The notes under the pieces: generated by a model
The model's input: only the letters and a program-made list of their open reading frames with translations
Told to the model about the DNA's origin: nothing
Database searches by the model: none
IMG/VR virus record: IMGVR_UViG_3300035322_000166
Location: 1-51,798 of that record
Direction: 5' to 3' (one strand)
DNA: 51,798 bases
DNA from: a virus
Lineage: Duplodnaviria > Caudoviricetes
Part shown: positions 30,101-36,804 of the stretch, piece by piece
Position numbering within the stretch: the first letter of the stretch is position 1
Layout of the letters: each line of letters begins with the position of its first letter
Made by a program: the position numbers and the translations under genes

Positions 30101-30787
30101 AAAGATATTCTTAACAGAACACATTACAAGAGAATTAACAGTCTAACAGAAACGATCTTAAACAAAGATTTAAGTTATACAGATTTACGTATTGAAGTTG
30201 TTGACGGTAGTATATTAGATGAGCCAAACAAAGCATTAAACTTACCAGGTATAATTTTTATTAATGGAGAAAGAATAGAATACTTTGTTAAAGAAGATAA
30301 TGTAATACGTCAAATACGTAGAGGCACATTAGGTACAGGCGTAAACACATTTGTAAAAGCAGGCGCTACAGTAAGCAATCAAGGGTCTATAGAAACTATT
30401 CCGTATAAGGATAAAACAATAATTCAAGAATTTGAAGGTGACGGAACTGCTACAGACTTTACATTAAACTTTTCTGCACAATACGGAGTAAACCAATTTG
30501 AAGTATTTGTTGGCGGAAAGCGCCTTCGTAAAACTACATTAGAGAAGTTTAATCATCTGTTAGATCAAACAAGTCCAGCTGCCGACGAAACATTGCCAGC
30601 AGAATTTAGTGTGCATGGCACTGATGATAATATTTTAAGACTTTTAAATGCACCTATAGACGGACAACAAATTAAAGTAGTAAGAAAAGTAGGAACACAG
30701 TGGCGTGAGGAAGGCGTTGCACTTAAAGAAAGTAAAACTGCAATTAGCAGCTTCTTGAGAGCAAGCACAACTAAGCTACCCGAATAA
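15200..30787 (+). CDS. Giant multidomain baseplate/virion structural protein (gp7-like position), 5195 aa
   Basis: Uninterrupted ORF after gp6. N-terminal FIPKYFRT..NKKFL and internal FYQGYIKEKGS resemble gp7-like wedge proteins. Contains CBM-like, FG-GAP-like, GxGY and FxGDG repeats and a coiled coil. Confidence 0.75.
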   Translation: MDNNQNEYPISDDKNKSDKFIPKYFRTLPNKKFLSATVDQLIQQGAAEKINAYFGLKTAKAYTTTDNYASETNSARNNYQFAPATISVDELQNVNFYKDYVDYINQIKNLKGTVSNHSNINEQEYYSLEPHIDFDKFTNYREYYWLPYGPQTIPIGGNSITTTSTYTVTRKDNVDNFSYVFNPNGLTSNPDIKLLRGQTYVFEIDAPGMPMEVRTQRPGTEEFKYTDGITNVIHDDGTQTLTIEVPTNAPEILYYVNSNDINQSGIFKILNVEDAFNINIDEELIGKKTYTSGNGIELSNGMKVRFTGDVVPEEYATGEWYVEGVGNKIELIPEAELYIPTVYNDNLNIPFDSERFDRLPFDDASGYAGTKDYIVSNRASKDKNYWTRSNKWFHKSVIETAAAANNQVVVINEDLKAKKPIIEFAANLKLSNFGTATKKDVDLVDNITTDVFSIIEGKATYNIDGIDIVPGMRILFTADTDVLVKNKIYEVKKIRFINNSQLTLQETEDTDPIVNQNLLVKNGVNFQGKILYYTGTAWEEAQRKTQVNQEPFFELFTQDGISTQTLESVSQIGTKILSYQKGTGVIDPELGFSISYRSIENIGDIEFNFNLLSDILEYTINNTRQKVNADQLLIRKYSDIDTFEYTNAWIKAPYLSRQPVINQVIAEDAQTVFPINVYDNSASVDDLWIRVFINNSLTTDYTITNINGVANVVLNTPLKEKDIVLLKTHSSVAKNNNGHYETPINLTNNPDNQDIESFTFGEMIDHVSTVIEELNLPGSFPGVSKLRDKGFVAKHGKRFVQHSAPLNFANFHLNDENANIIKAIEYNKREYGKFKREFLDVANDLGFDGDVKTHVDKVLERINLNKNNSMPFYFSDMLAYGLCVSTEHEVFDENNRFYPLSTNFNLTDLSIRSVNVYHNDVQIAHQQDYTFNEDGFVVLSEDYIVAYEDIITICEYSNTDGSYIPPTPTKLGLYPAYVPSVYIDNTYLEPQTVVQGHDGSLRIGYNDFRDDLLLELEMRIYNNIKVKYDEDIFNIYDYVGGEFRKTKFSHQQIDNAYVDDFIDWLNLVGNPDYTDNNFYSSANPLTFNYFASTTPSQKPLAGFWRGIYKDAFDTDRPHTHPWEVLGFTIKPAWWNKVYGPAPYTTDNIPMWSDLEKGFVREPGKPLIVREKFARPGLASFPPSSSQGLVQNPLNSGYIRDFSNAAIKSKFKFGDIAPVENAWRKSSDYPFALIKSLLINRPAFMFGIGFDRSRISRNFAGQLVYGDTNKRIQLNNIVFPNSTNDATRVQTAGLINFVSNLIHNDVNTSYASYQKTLKGLTNKLGLRVAGYTNKEKFNLILDSRNPLNEGNVFVPAENYSIHLNKSTAFDIATYSGIIIEKQQAGYVVRGYDRFNPVFTIYDPIASSKDITLSEGGTSEDFVEWGEGKTYLQGNLLRYEGRFYRAKADHTSGETFDATLYVIVKDVPVVGGTSVTIASNYKTHPSYVDYGTTFQTIQEVIDFINGYDYALRKAGFIFESFKPETETVQNWRMSMKDFLFWTTQNWQENSVITLSPAAETLKFFREEHIVDNIFNDLYSTTPLNSNGRPINPANLSYSRVEKEFILQPKNTIEGIFLAKLPLTQKEHVITIDNKTIFQDVIYNPSSGYRQERIKVLGYRSADWDGSTNVPGFIIDDPICYNWEPNTDYVIGTIVKYKEFYYVSSTHVPGTTTFDYNVWQRLNEKPEAGMMPNFEYKANQFADYYDLDTDNFDISQQQLAQHLIGYQKRDYLQNILKDDVSQYKFYQGYIKEKGSLNSLTKLFDSLSHSTNSLEFYEEWAFRTGTYGAIDGIQENEFILDETKFMLSPQPIELVNTATGTSLDLIYRQPVNDVYLSQENYDPNNVFPVHATTPAEIIQTAGYVHSEDVKFEIASYSDLATLDPTLLELNDYIWIGKNKQNTWDVVKVEGTNNVPEAVEDGTQTRLNFNFEHGLEVNDVFVIGTIDSTEIVRTVRKVENNKVFIDPLDDNNIELLPIRIFVSHRYETISALASAMGTDLQDATIWVDNVNNNWAVYKRELGNYKNVWTYENEEATTGWASDFDTNKRNTIKVVGNPDKNQIEIYARGTDSIGMELEGVIENQSGLSNGSGFGKAVAISPDEKYIAVGSPDATEIKTNLIGDWNNLTAYSVGSIVSHNDSYWIAVKDTLPEIGSQNYSSFVSYPTVKDNLDDSTEPNFLLAANYPKTNTLGDHFLIRATQAEYNAVFVGSTLSLVWNQYSVSHINPLLSRQPFEDTVSGLDGSVITGEHIIADKVDMIISVELALNTPSVGDVVETSTGEGTIVYLYPDGNGYIMYLNNTSGIFAATGSLSLVTGIEIGNYVYESPDNVHNDLGGYWKIDLPSSVLFRDVIIDNAPGLIIKDIRQSGYSGSYDSYYNIGYDIGVKGAISNGNDKISLVGHFDFPDDATVVNVTDFSSKWFIRLGPTAPNYTLIGQQIRLAENTFLQTNDWVNFGLVDHTNQPIFENNHTVVQYIDGYLKVQIQTDAAGTHALQEGDILEDANTGALLDVVYAEWDAGFQTQTLYVNWNISSPNQTVSLGSNYADSTRIIRKRSGVVDRDAGFMQESSVYTPTNDISQLYIFDARDLPGVPVNYSFPPSQTGYWMIEGFEYWIVPETRTVVGAGRPANEPLSSNSNWIFTNSIPVSAGGGTTFDGIGYVTVYERSEPGVYPVQKRFVIPMGFDAVGSTLQFAYFNDMYVLCVGASDKIIFVKNGTENNITYDWEVSLDKDFRGTFNINADYYIGDIVLVNNQLYVATTNVSQSAFNAAQWTTVDNDIDYTGYIPRSISVGTDNKLLTVFNDFGNDYRISEDGQLIAVYVTTDDSSTSVSIDDEIAFYRYHNNTYRYQNSLSVVTNEDTAEWQERILDDDYKHSFDLSADGKQLAIGFHRENADGSTVIDGGLVKVYKYTAGTWVRTNTITSPQNEASEAFGKNIQFIGSNLLISSLYGDKTVTRKFTDGTYFDNNFTSFVETQTDVGNLYLFENIEDEFIYAGIISNGIDISKNYKVNGYHVYSLNNDTIVDLRWSGINNWTKHREGLPVVNVSKFKGPFLYDKSSKEFIDYIDIIDPIQGKIAGPAEQELRYKTKWDPAIYTNVDENDSVTVDVFKSWGLNQVGQLWWDISTARFRNPYQGTATYQTNTWNKQFAGSSIDIYEWIESDISPSEWREIADTEEGLIDGISGAPKYNDDTYVLKKKYDSILQSFSNLYYFWVKNKKTLPYVNERQTTAYDVAQYISDPRTFGYKYVELQSANRYVINNSIRDIKDRDTIVNFTWWTIPNQQLNIHNQYQIVSDGLYTSQPTEELKTKWFDSLVGYDKNLKEVPDTALSPKLKYGNLSRPRQSWFVNRLEALKTVIERANLALRKQIIIDDFDLSGLNTKDDAPTIYSREFDYVIDTEIDLQFIGVSKFKQAVLTPEFTNGRLTNVIITNPGFGYIDPSYVSGVRKGPKINVVGTGSNAQVEATINPQGQITNVTIVSQGSGYGDTTSLSVRGLTALVESDSTIANKWSLVEYNPSIMMWQRVQTQNFDTTLYWKYVDWFATGYNQFSNVNYTLEYAYELESLTDEIGDIVKINNTSDNTWLLLEKIDDQDSVDYSVNYKTIGRENGTVEIDKGLYNFENTISGYDGYAFDTAIYDGVPITETRNILSVLFDKIFVDELAVEYNKIFFASIRYILSEGQKPDWLFKTSFVKVKHNFGELEQRVNYQNDNLKNYQDYINEVKPFKTKVREFVSSYNKLENSQSSISDFDLMPWYNPNTGKISPKTATIENGSIILQDGDKEPWSNWFNNATYYVDKIEIAKSGTLYQNAPIITLEGGGGTGATAVAYITRGRVTTIDVINPGTGYTSAPRVVFNSNQDEGGIEAEAVAIIKNDTIRKINTTIKFDRVSGKLQYLDLNKSETFTSLAQQTKFTLKWPMDLDSLTVDISVDGEESLVSEYSYNNQKDATLGYTIHKGVVEFVTGIPGGSNVIINYKIDPAMLTAGDRIHNLYKPTDEMPGYDDTIQDLSQVLDGVDYGGVEITSFDFDTEAGWDAAGWYSDAWDEYDGQFEDEVFRADGSTTTMPLSKPLEAGVEYNLYKNGVRVDDPNFGTPQQTNPQALAATITGDGTTTSLNVLAFNIIADDVFIVRKTTSDGTFLPDLTSFDTQLTGGNFTYGNAAGHDAGEIVIDGDGFVTVTTSRSTDEHVPGQVLDTVDIKVFDRTGDGQGIIVTRTHTFNADEEYAELAARQAEKQSLESQLLAQDATLASLQSQLNSLQGDLVILEQEKTSLEAIRDANDLTRSIYLGYISEISNFDSQISAKQSQISNLQSQKGSIDGQIASLENQINSLDNQITSLTGQINNLNSQISQLNGEISSLQSQLTSLQNDLNNYLPSDPEYANIQSQINSVQSQLSAKQSQLSSLQSQLNSLQSQLSNLQSQKSNLEGQKGPLESQSNALASQISSLNNEIIGLQAQRANTEDQKDAYELAYQQHVNNVTAKESQITLKQGEISTKQAQVANQQTSVLNNQVALETKQDEIDAAQAIIDGLNLPFDIGATPIKAESLIVRATGGSIVTKNRIVDPAYYTIDYVNKTIQFKDALDSGTTITTMVVGTNGSKILDTGTFIGDGSTAQFLTKVQHQDTMSAFVSVDGEKRSTLSGEGIIPDVEIVKSSAEYAYEGTVIFEFGEAPADGALINYTLYDSDTQSFSEITVDQFTPDGSTTNFTLSQIPFTGTPLDVNILVIDNNNVLHTGYKKKFTTTVANFYPMSIFHIPYLSKGPEDIDVYINGELKTNTIEYRWLGETSTLELFNNYYEIGDTVELYTRNPNYTLVGDELRLVNVPTDGSLLVYQFSEHDVLETERSTTNSIKRTSLVVGTDDWQIYAESSLGIIRLNENILSENYIWIALNGELLSPTVDYKVRDDLQSVQVLRSINDGDMFDIIHYTSPVSSKRFGYRQFKDILNRTHYKRINSLTETILNKDLSYTDLRIEVVDGSILDEPNKALNLPGIIFINGERIEYFVKEDNVIRQIRRGTLGTGVNTFVKAGATVSNQGSIETIPYKDKTIIQEFEGDGTATDFTLNFSAQYGVNQFEVFVGGKRLRKTTLEKFNHLLDQTSPAADETLPAEFSVHGTDDNILRLLNAPIDGQQIKVVRKVGTQWREEGVALKESKTAISSFLRASTTKLPE
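27950..28876 (+). repeat. Heptad-repeat coiled-coil segment with central LPSDPE turn inside the giant protein
   Basis: Repeating (Q/S)-Q-(I/L)-x-(S/N)-L heptads over about 300 aa; proline break at about 28403-28420. Confidence 0.9.
28475..28528 (+). repeat. 21-nt tandem repeat (one heptad per unit)
   Basis: CAAAGTCAACTTAGTAGTTTG / CAAAGTCAACTTAATAGTTTG / CAAAGTCAATTA; the first two units differ at one base. Confidence 0.9.
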
Positions 30788-30790
30788 ATA
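30783..30790 (+). promoter_or_regulatory. Putative late promoter AATAAATA
   Basis: Overlaps the stop of the giant gene, upstream of the ORF at 30821. Confidence 0.5.
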
Positions 30791-30820
30791 CAATTGATAA
30801 ACTGAAAGTGAGAATTAAAT

Positions 30821-31423
30821 ATGCTGCAAGATGAACACGGAGTAATGGTCCAAGGACACATCAAAATCCACGATCCAGAATCTGGTGAAGTTTTGATTAA
30901 TAAACGTAATGCCATTCATTACGAAAATATGAGTATTGCATTAGCAGAAAGTATTGCTAATCAAGGCAATGGTTTTGTTTGGAGTATGGATTTTGGCAAC
31001 GGCGGAACTAATTTAGATCCAAGTGGCGTAATTACATATTTGACACCTAATAGTACAGGAACCAATGCAAGTCTATACAATAAAACTTTCAGTAAAGTAG
31101 TTGCAGACAGTCCGTCAAATACTGATAAAATTAGAAACAAAATTGAAACACGTCATGTAAATGGCACAAACTATACCGATGTTTTTATTACTTGTTTACT
31201 AGATTACGGTGAGCCAACTGCTCAAGCAGCATTTGATACTACAGACAGCAACGAAAGTTTATATGTATTTGATGAGCTAGGTTTAAAAAGTTATAGTGCA
31301 ACAGGCGAAGGAAAATTAATTACACATGTTATTTTCCATCCTGTACAAAAAAGTTTAAACAGATTAGTACAAGTAGACTACACTGTTAGGATACAAAGTT
31401 TAACAGGGTTTAACGAGGGGTAA
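30821..31423 (+). CDS. Baseplate/tail-fibre attachment protein, putative
   Basis: Sits between wedge and fibre genes; beta-rich, with FDELGL...LITHVIFHPVQK reminiscent of fibre-anchoring domains. Confidence 0.5.
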   Translation: MLQDEHGVMVQGHIKIHDPESGEVLINKRNAIHYENMSIALAESIANQGNGFVWSMDFGNGGTNLDPSGVITYLTPNSTGTNASLYNKTFSKVVADSPSNTDKIRNKIETRHVNGTNYTDVFITCLLDYGEPTAQAAFDTTDSNESLYVFDELGLKSYSATGEGKLITHVIFHPVQKSLNRLVQVDYTVRIQSLTGFNEG

Positions 31424-31425
31424 TA

Positions 31426-33483
31426 ATGCCATATACAATAAAACATACAGACGAACCAAACAACGGCTCTATTACTATTGAAGACAGAACAGTTGATACT
31501 AGTACAAGTTTACAATTTCCTGGCAAGAATGTTACAGCGTATGGATCATTAATAGGTGAGAATCTATTACATCTTTTAGAAAACTTTGCAGCAACATCAG
31601 CACCTAGTTCTCCTGTTGTAGGACAATTATGGTATGATACAACACCTTCTGCAAACACTTTAAAAATTTACGACGGCACAACATGGATAGCAAGCGGCGG
31701 TGTAAAAAGATCTACAAACGAACCGTTAGCTGCAAATAGTTTAGTTGGAGACCTTTGGGTAAACACAACTAGTCAGCAGCTTTATTTGTATTCTGGAAGT
31801 AATTGGATTTTAGTTGGTCCAGAATTTAGCCAAGGATTAAGCACTGGATTTAAAATTAGTAATATAGTAGGTAAAGATAATATTAACTATACTGTAATGA
31901 CAATTGAAATTAAAGCCAAGCCCACTGTTATTATAAGCACAAATAGTTTTGAACCAAAAGCGGCAATCACAGGCTTTCCTAAAATAGAACCTGGAATAAA
32001 TTTAAGTCAAGACAATATTAGTTTACAAGGTGTAGCAGAATATGTTGGACCATCTAAGACTTCTAATAATCTTATTGTAGGTAACGACATTGTACCGTCA
32101 ACTAGCTTTGTAAGAAACGATACAGAAAATACTCTTTCATCACAATTAAAGATTAGAAACAACAATGGATTAAAAATAGGCGAAGCGCAGAATTTTAATT
32201 TAACTGTTGATTCTGGCACAGCATCTATTACTAATACTACACCTACATCTAGTATAGACCTTAGGTTAAACACAGGTACAGCAGTAAGCACAGTAATGCG
32301 TGTTAATGCTGATAGTACTGTCGGAATAAACAAGACAAATCCAACAGAAACATTAGATGTCAATGGTAAAATTAAAACAAACGAAGGATTGTTAGTAACC
32401 GATAATACTAACAGTGTAAGTGCATCTACAGGCAGTATACAAACTGCTGGCGGCATAGGTGTAGCACAAGATTTATATGTTCATGGTAATGTTATTACTA
32501 ATGGACAAACATCAGTGACAGGTAATATTATACCTAGTGCAACAGATACAGTAACATTAGGTAGTCAATCTAGTAAGTTTAGTGCAGTTCACGCAAGTAA
32601 CTTCTACGGAAACTTTGTAGGTAATATTAGTGGAACAGTTACAGGCGTTATGAACGGCCCTGCTACTAAATTAGCAAGTCCTACAGACTTTAGTTTGAGC
32701 GGAGACATAAGTAGTCAAGTAATTAGTTTTAATGGACAACAACCAGGCGGCGTTGCTACATTTAACACACAAATTGATCCGGACTTTATAAACAATAAAA
32801 ATTCAGCAACAGTAATAAACGCAGCAGACGAAGTCTTGCTAAACCAGCCAGGTGATGTAAATGAGCCTTTGAAAAAGGTTACACACGCTCAGTTTTTATC
32901 AAGCATTCCTAAAACACCGCCAGGTGTGTTTATGCCATATGGCGGAGATAGTGATCCAGATCCAACAACCGTAGGCGGAGGTATATGGTTACTCTGTGAT
33001 GGGCGTGAAGTTTTAATAAGTGCATATCCATTACTATATCAAGTAATTGGAAATAAATTCAAAGCATCACCAGCAGCAGCACATTTTGGGTTACCTGACA
33101 TGCGCGGACGTATGCCGTTAGGAGCAGATAATATGGGCGGAACTAGTGCAAACAATGTTACATCTAATGCAGCAGATACAGTAGGTTTTACAGGCGGTAA
33201 TGAAACACATAACATGTTACAGTCTGAGCTACCCGAACATACACACGATTTATATAATGATAGTAACAATAGACAATATTATGCAGCAAGAACAACAATT
33301 GAAGGTGCAACAACTGGTACAGTACAGATACCAACACCATCAGGATTGGCAGATGTACAAAATTCTAGTGCAATGCTAGATGTTGGCGGAATAAAAGATT
33401 ATACAGCACAAACAGCAATAGATTTAATGAATCCGTTTCTTGTTACCCATTATATTATCTATACTGGTAAGGACGCAACATGA
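31426..33483 (+). CDS. Tail fibre with C-terminal tail-collar domain (gp12-like)
   Basis: Collar motifs PPGVFMPYGG, WLLCDG, YPLLYQVIG and FGLPDMRGR, plus HTH and NPFLVTHYII; shared N-terminal ENLLHLLENFA...GQLWYD module. Confidence 0.85.
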   Translation: MPYTIKHTDEPNNGSITIEDRTVDTSTSLQFPGKNVTAYGSLIGENLLHLLENFAATSAPSSPVVGQLWYDTTPSANTLKIYDGTTWIASGGVKRSTNEPLAANSLVGDLWVNTTSQQLYLYSGSNWILVGPEFSQGLSTGFKISNIVGKDNINYTVMTIEIKAKPTVIISTNSFEPKAAITGFPKIEPGINLSQDNISLQGVAEYVGPSKTSNNLIVGNDIVPSTSFVRNDTENTLSSQLKIRNNNGLKIGEAQNFNLTVDSGTASITNTTPTSSIDLRLNTGTAVSTVMRVNADSTVGINKTNPTETLDVNGKIKTNEGLLVTDNTNSVSASTGSIQTAGGIGVAQDLYVHGNVITNGQTSVTGNIIPSATDTVTLGSQSSKFSAVHASNFYGNFVGNISGTVTGVMNGPATKLASPTDFSLSGDISSQVISFNGQQPGGVATFNTQIDPDFINNKNSATVINAADEVLLNQPGDVNEPLKKVTHAQFLSSIPKTPPGVFMPYGGDSDPDPTTVGGGIWLLCDGREVLISAYPLLYQVIGNKFKASPAAAHFGLPDMRGRMPLGADNMGGTSANNVTSNAADTVGFTGGNETHNMLQSELPEHTHDLYNDSNNRQYYAARTTIEGATTGTVQIPTPSGLADVQNSSAMLDVGGIKDYTAQTAIDLMNPFLVTHYIIYTGKDAT

Positions 33484-35285
33484 GCTATAAGTTAAACAAA
33501 ACAGACGGATCACTTTTATTAGATCTAATCGACGGTGTTAAAAACACTAGTGCAACAGATATAACTTTGATTGGACGGAATAGCACAGGCTTTGGAGAAT
33601 CAGTAAACGAAAATTTTATTGCAATACTTGAAAATTTTGCATCAACATCTGCCCCTGCTGCACCGTTAGAAGGACAACTTTGGTTTGACACAACAACCGA
33701 TACTTTAAGAGTATATGATGGTACTGACTTTAAAGCAGCAGGCGGCGCATATGTTCAAACATCTCAGCCTGCTATGTCCGAAGGAGACCTTTGGTACAAT
33801 ACTACAAATAAGCAAATGTATAGCTGGGACGGCGATGAGTTACAGCTACTAGGTCCACTTTACAAAGGTTCTCAAGGATTGACTGGCGAAATTCCGGATA
33901 CTATTCTTGATACACAAGGATTTGAAAGATCAGTAATTAAACATTATGTTGGCGGCAATCTTGCAGGTGTGTGGAGTAATTTAGAATTTAAAATAAGTGC
34001 AACTAATGCAGACGATGCTATTATAGGATTATCTACAGATGCACTAGGAAATCGTATTGTAGAAAAAGGATTTAACATCTTACAAAACGATTATAAGATT
34101 CACGGAACAGCTACTAACGCTGAAGGTGTTGGCGGAGTTGATGTTTCAAAATTTGTAAGAACTGACATAACAAGTACAATTGATGCAAGTTTAATTGTAA
34201 GAGGTAATGACGGAATTAAGTTTACAAGTGTGCATCAACAAAAAATTGACGGCGCAGGTAGTAATTTTCAATATCAAAACCTAATACTAAATGACGATAT
34301 GTCATTTAGAGTTTCAGGAAGTGCAACAGGCGCCGGTTTAGTAGATGCAATTAAAATAAAAGCAGCAACAGCAAGAGTAGGCATATATAATTCAACACCA
34401 GACGCTATGCTACATGTAGGAACTTCGGTACTACCCGGTAGTGTTATTATTGAGGGCGACTTGACTGTAAAGGGTTCAAACAGTTTTATTGAAACACAGA
34501 CATTACGTATTCAAGATAAAAATTTAGAACTGGGAATTTTAGAAGACAGTACAGTTGGTACTAACGCAGATGTTGATGGCGCTGGTATAATAATTCAATC
34601 TAGTCAAGGTAGTAAAGATTTCTTATATCAAGATTCAAATGAGTCTTTCTTTAGTAATCAAAATATGGACCTTGCTAATGGTAAAGAATATAAAATTAAT
34701 GGTAATACTGTTTTAACTCCTACAGCTTTAGGTGCAGCTATAACTAGTGCGCCTGGTATAACATCTTTAGGTGTCATGACTAGTTTACAAACAAACTTTA
34801 CAACAATATCAGGTAGTACTATTGCAACATCAAACGGACAGCATTTAAATTTAAGTGCAGCAGGTGATATTGTTGTAAACAATAGCATCATAAGAGGAGT
34901 TACAGATAGTTTACTTCCTAACAGTGTTACAACAAAAGCATATGTTGATGCAGAGATTATGGATTCTGATGTTGCTGTAGTAATGGATATTACTGGAATG
35001 TCTAATACAGATATTAGAGGATACTTAGATATGATATATCCTGACAATACTTTAGGACGTAAAGCTAGAGTTTTAGGATATCAATATTCTTATAGCGGTA
35101 CTACAGATGTAGAAAATTCAAAATCAGTTGTCAATGTTAGCGTCGATAAAGCTGGTTCTCTAGAATCACAGTCTGTTGTTCAAACAGTTACATTTTCAGA
35201 TGCAGTAACAACTGTAGCTGTAACATCGAATAAGATTCTTAAAACATTTTTATGGGATGGCACGACATGGCTATTTCAATCATAA
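33480..35285 (+). CDS. Tail fibre protein
   Basis: Shared N-terminal module (GRN..GFGE..NENF..LENFA...GQLWFD); fibre motifs VGIYNSTPDAMLHV and TKAYVD. Confidence 0.8.
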   Translation: MSYKLNKTDGSLLLDLIDGVKNTSATDITLIGRNSTGFGESVNENFIAILENFASTSAPAAPLEGQLWFDTTTDTLRVYDGTDFKAAGGAYVQTSQPAMSEGDLWYNTTNKQMYSWDGDELQLLGPLYKGSQGLTGEIPDTILDTQGFERSVIKHYVGGNLAGVWSNLEFKISATNADDAIIGLSTDALGNRIVEKGFNILQNDYKIHGTATNAEGVGGVDVSKFVRTDITSTIDASLIVRGNDGIKFTSVHQQKIDGAGSNFQYQNLILNDDMSFRVSGSATGAGLVDAIKIKAATARVGIYNSTPDAMLHVGTSVLPGSVIIEGDLTVKGSNSFIETQTLRIQDKNLELGILEDSTVGTNADVDGAGIIIQSSQGSKDFLYQDSNESFFSNQNMDLANGKEYKINGNTVLTPTALGAAITSAPGITSLGVMTSLQTNFTTISGSTIATSNGQHLNLSAAGDIVVNNSIIRGVTDSLLPNSVTTKAYVDAEIMDSDVAVVMDITGMSNTDIRGYLDMIYPDNTLGRKARVLGYQYSYSGTTDVENSKSVVNVSVDKAGSLESQSVVQTVTFSDAVTTVAVTSNKILKTFLWDGTTWLFQS

Positions 35286-35293
35286 GATAAATA
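35286..35293 (+). promoter_or_regulatory. Putative late promoter GATAAATA
   Basis: Intergenic, upstream of GGGGT Shine-Dalgarno and the ATG at 35319; identical to the box at 11717. Confidence 0.6.
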
Positions 35294-35318
35294 TACTATA
35301 GACGGGGTACATTAAACA

Positions 35319-36782
35319 ATGGCATATCAAATAGACAATTTTAGAGGACAGTTCTTAACCACAGTGGACGATGGCACTATTAACAATGCCACAGACCTTA
35401 AACTAGTAGGCAAGAACTACGCCGGGTACGGTGAAGTACAAAACGAAAACTTTGTTCACTTATTAGAAAATTTTGCAAGTAGTCAAGCACCAGGTAAACC
35501 TATTCCAGGACAACTTTGGTTTGATGCTTCTACTGGTGCTGAAAAGTTAAAATTTTATGACGGCACAGCTTGGAGAACAGCAGGTGGTGCAGAAGTAGGA
35601 CCGCAGCCTGGACCAGTAGGCTTAGTACAAGGTGACTTTTGGTGGGATACAACAAATGAACAATTATATGCAAGAGGCTCAGGTGGATTTGTACTTGTAG
35701 GACCACAAAGTACAGGTGCTGGCAACGTCACCCAAATGCGTAGTTTGACACTTAATGACACTGCTACCCCAAGTGTTCAGCATAGTGTGATTGCAGCAAC
35801 GGTTGACGATACAGTTATAGCTATTATTAGTGATAATCCATTTACTATTACATCAGCAGATTCAATAGTAGGTTTTGATACAGTGCGTCAAGGTATTACA
35901 TTAGTAGACACACAGAATGCAGCTGGCGGAGTTACAAGTACACCAGCAAGATTTTGGGGAACAGCAACAAACTCTGAAAGACTAAACGGATTACCGGCAA
36001 GTGATTACCTAACAACAACTAATCTTAATTTTACATCTATTGTTGATTTTGCCGATGCAGGATTTCATGTTGGTGACGACAATGATCTACTAGTTAACAT
36101 AGACGGTAACACTGCAAAAATTACACAAAAAGTTGGCGATACTATAGGAATATATGTTGAAGCAGCAGGCATAACTTACAATCCGATGAATGTAAAACAA
36201 TCAAGTGTTGCTCCAGGTGCTGCTGGTATAACATTAGGAACAACAACTAATAAATGGTCAACTGTTTATGCAGATGACTTTGACGGAAATGCAACAAGCG
36301 CATCAGGATTAAAACTTACTGGTAATGTATACTATCCTACAACACAAGATACAGCAAATACTGTAGCATTGCGTGATGCAAATGGCGATATAGAAGCAAG
36401 ATTCTTTAGAGGTGTTGCTACATCTACTCAGTACGCTGACTTAGCTGAAATTTATGACACAGAAGAAGAACTACCAACAGGAACAATTGTTGCTGTAGGC
36501 GGTACAGCAGAAGTACGTCCAGCAAAAGCAAGTGATATAGTAGTAGGTGTTATATCTGCAGAACCAGCATATTTAATGAATAGCACAGCAGACGGACAAG
36601 CAATTGCACTTAAAGGTCGTGTACCTGTAAGAGTAAAAGGACCTGTTTCAAAAGGACAAGCTGTATATGCTTGGCAAGATGGTATTGCTTCAACTATTGC
36701 AACTACTGGATTAGTAGGTGTTGCATTAGAGGCATGTGATGATGACTCAGAGTGTTTAATTGAATGTGTACTTAAAGTATAA
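35319..36782 (+). CDS. Tail fibre with C-terminal intramolecular-chaperone/autocleavage domain (peptidase G2-like)
   Basis: Shared N-terminal module; C-terminal YADLAEIY...VGVISAEPAYLMN...IALKGRVPVRV. Confidence 0.8.
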   Translation: MAYQIDNFRGQFLTTVDDGTINNATDLKLVGKNYAGYGEVQNENFVHLLENFASSQAPGKPIPGQLWFDASTGAEKLKFYDGTAWRTAGGAEVGPQPGPVGLVQGDFWWDTTNEQLYARGSGGFVLVGPQSTGAGNVTQMRSLTLNDTATPSVQHSVIAATVDDTVIAIISDNPFTITSADSIVGFDTVRQGITLVDTQNAAGGVTSTPARFWGTATNSERLNGLPASDYLTTTNLNFTSIVDFADAGFHVGDDNDLLVNIDGNTAKITQKVGDTIGIYVEAAGITYNPMNVKQSSVAPGAAGITLGTTTNKWSTVYADDFDGNATSASGLKLTGNVYYPTTQDTANTVALRDANGDIEARFFRGVATSTQYADLAEIYDTEEELPTGTIVAVGGTAEVRPAKASDIVVGVISAEPAYLMNSTADGQAIALKGRVPVRVKGPVSKGQAVYAWQDGIASTIATTGLVGVALEACDDDSECLIECVLKV

Positions 36783-36785
36783 GTA
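36778..36785 (+). promoter_or_regulatory. Putative late promoter TATAAGTA
   Basis: Overlaps the upstream stop; followed by GGAG Shine-Dalgarno and the ATG at 36805. Confidence 0.55.
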
Positions 36786-36804
36786 TAATGATGGAGAGAA
36801 ATAG

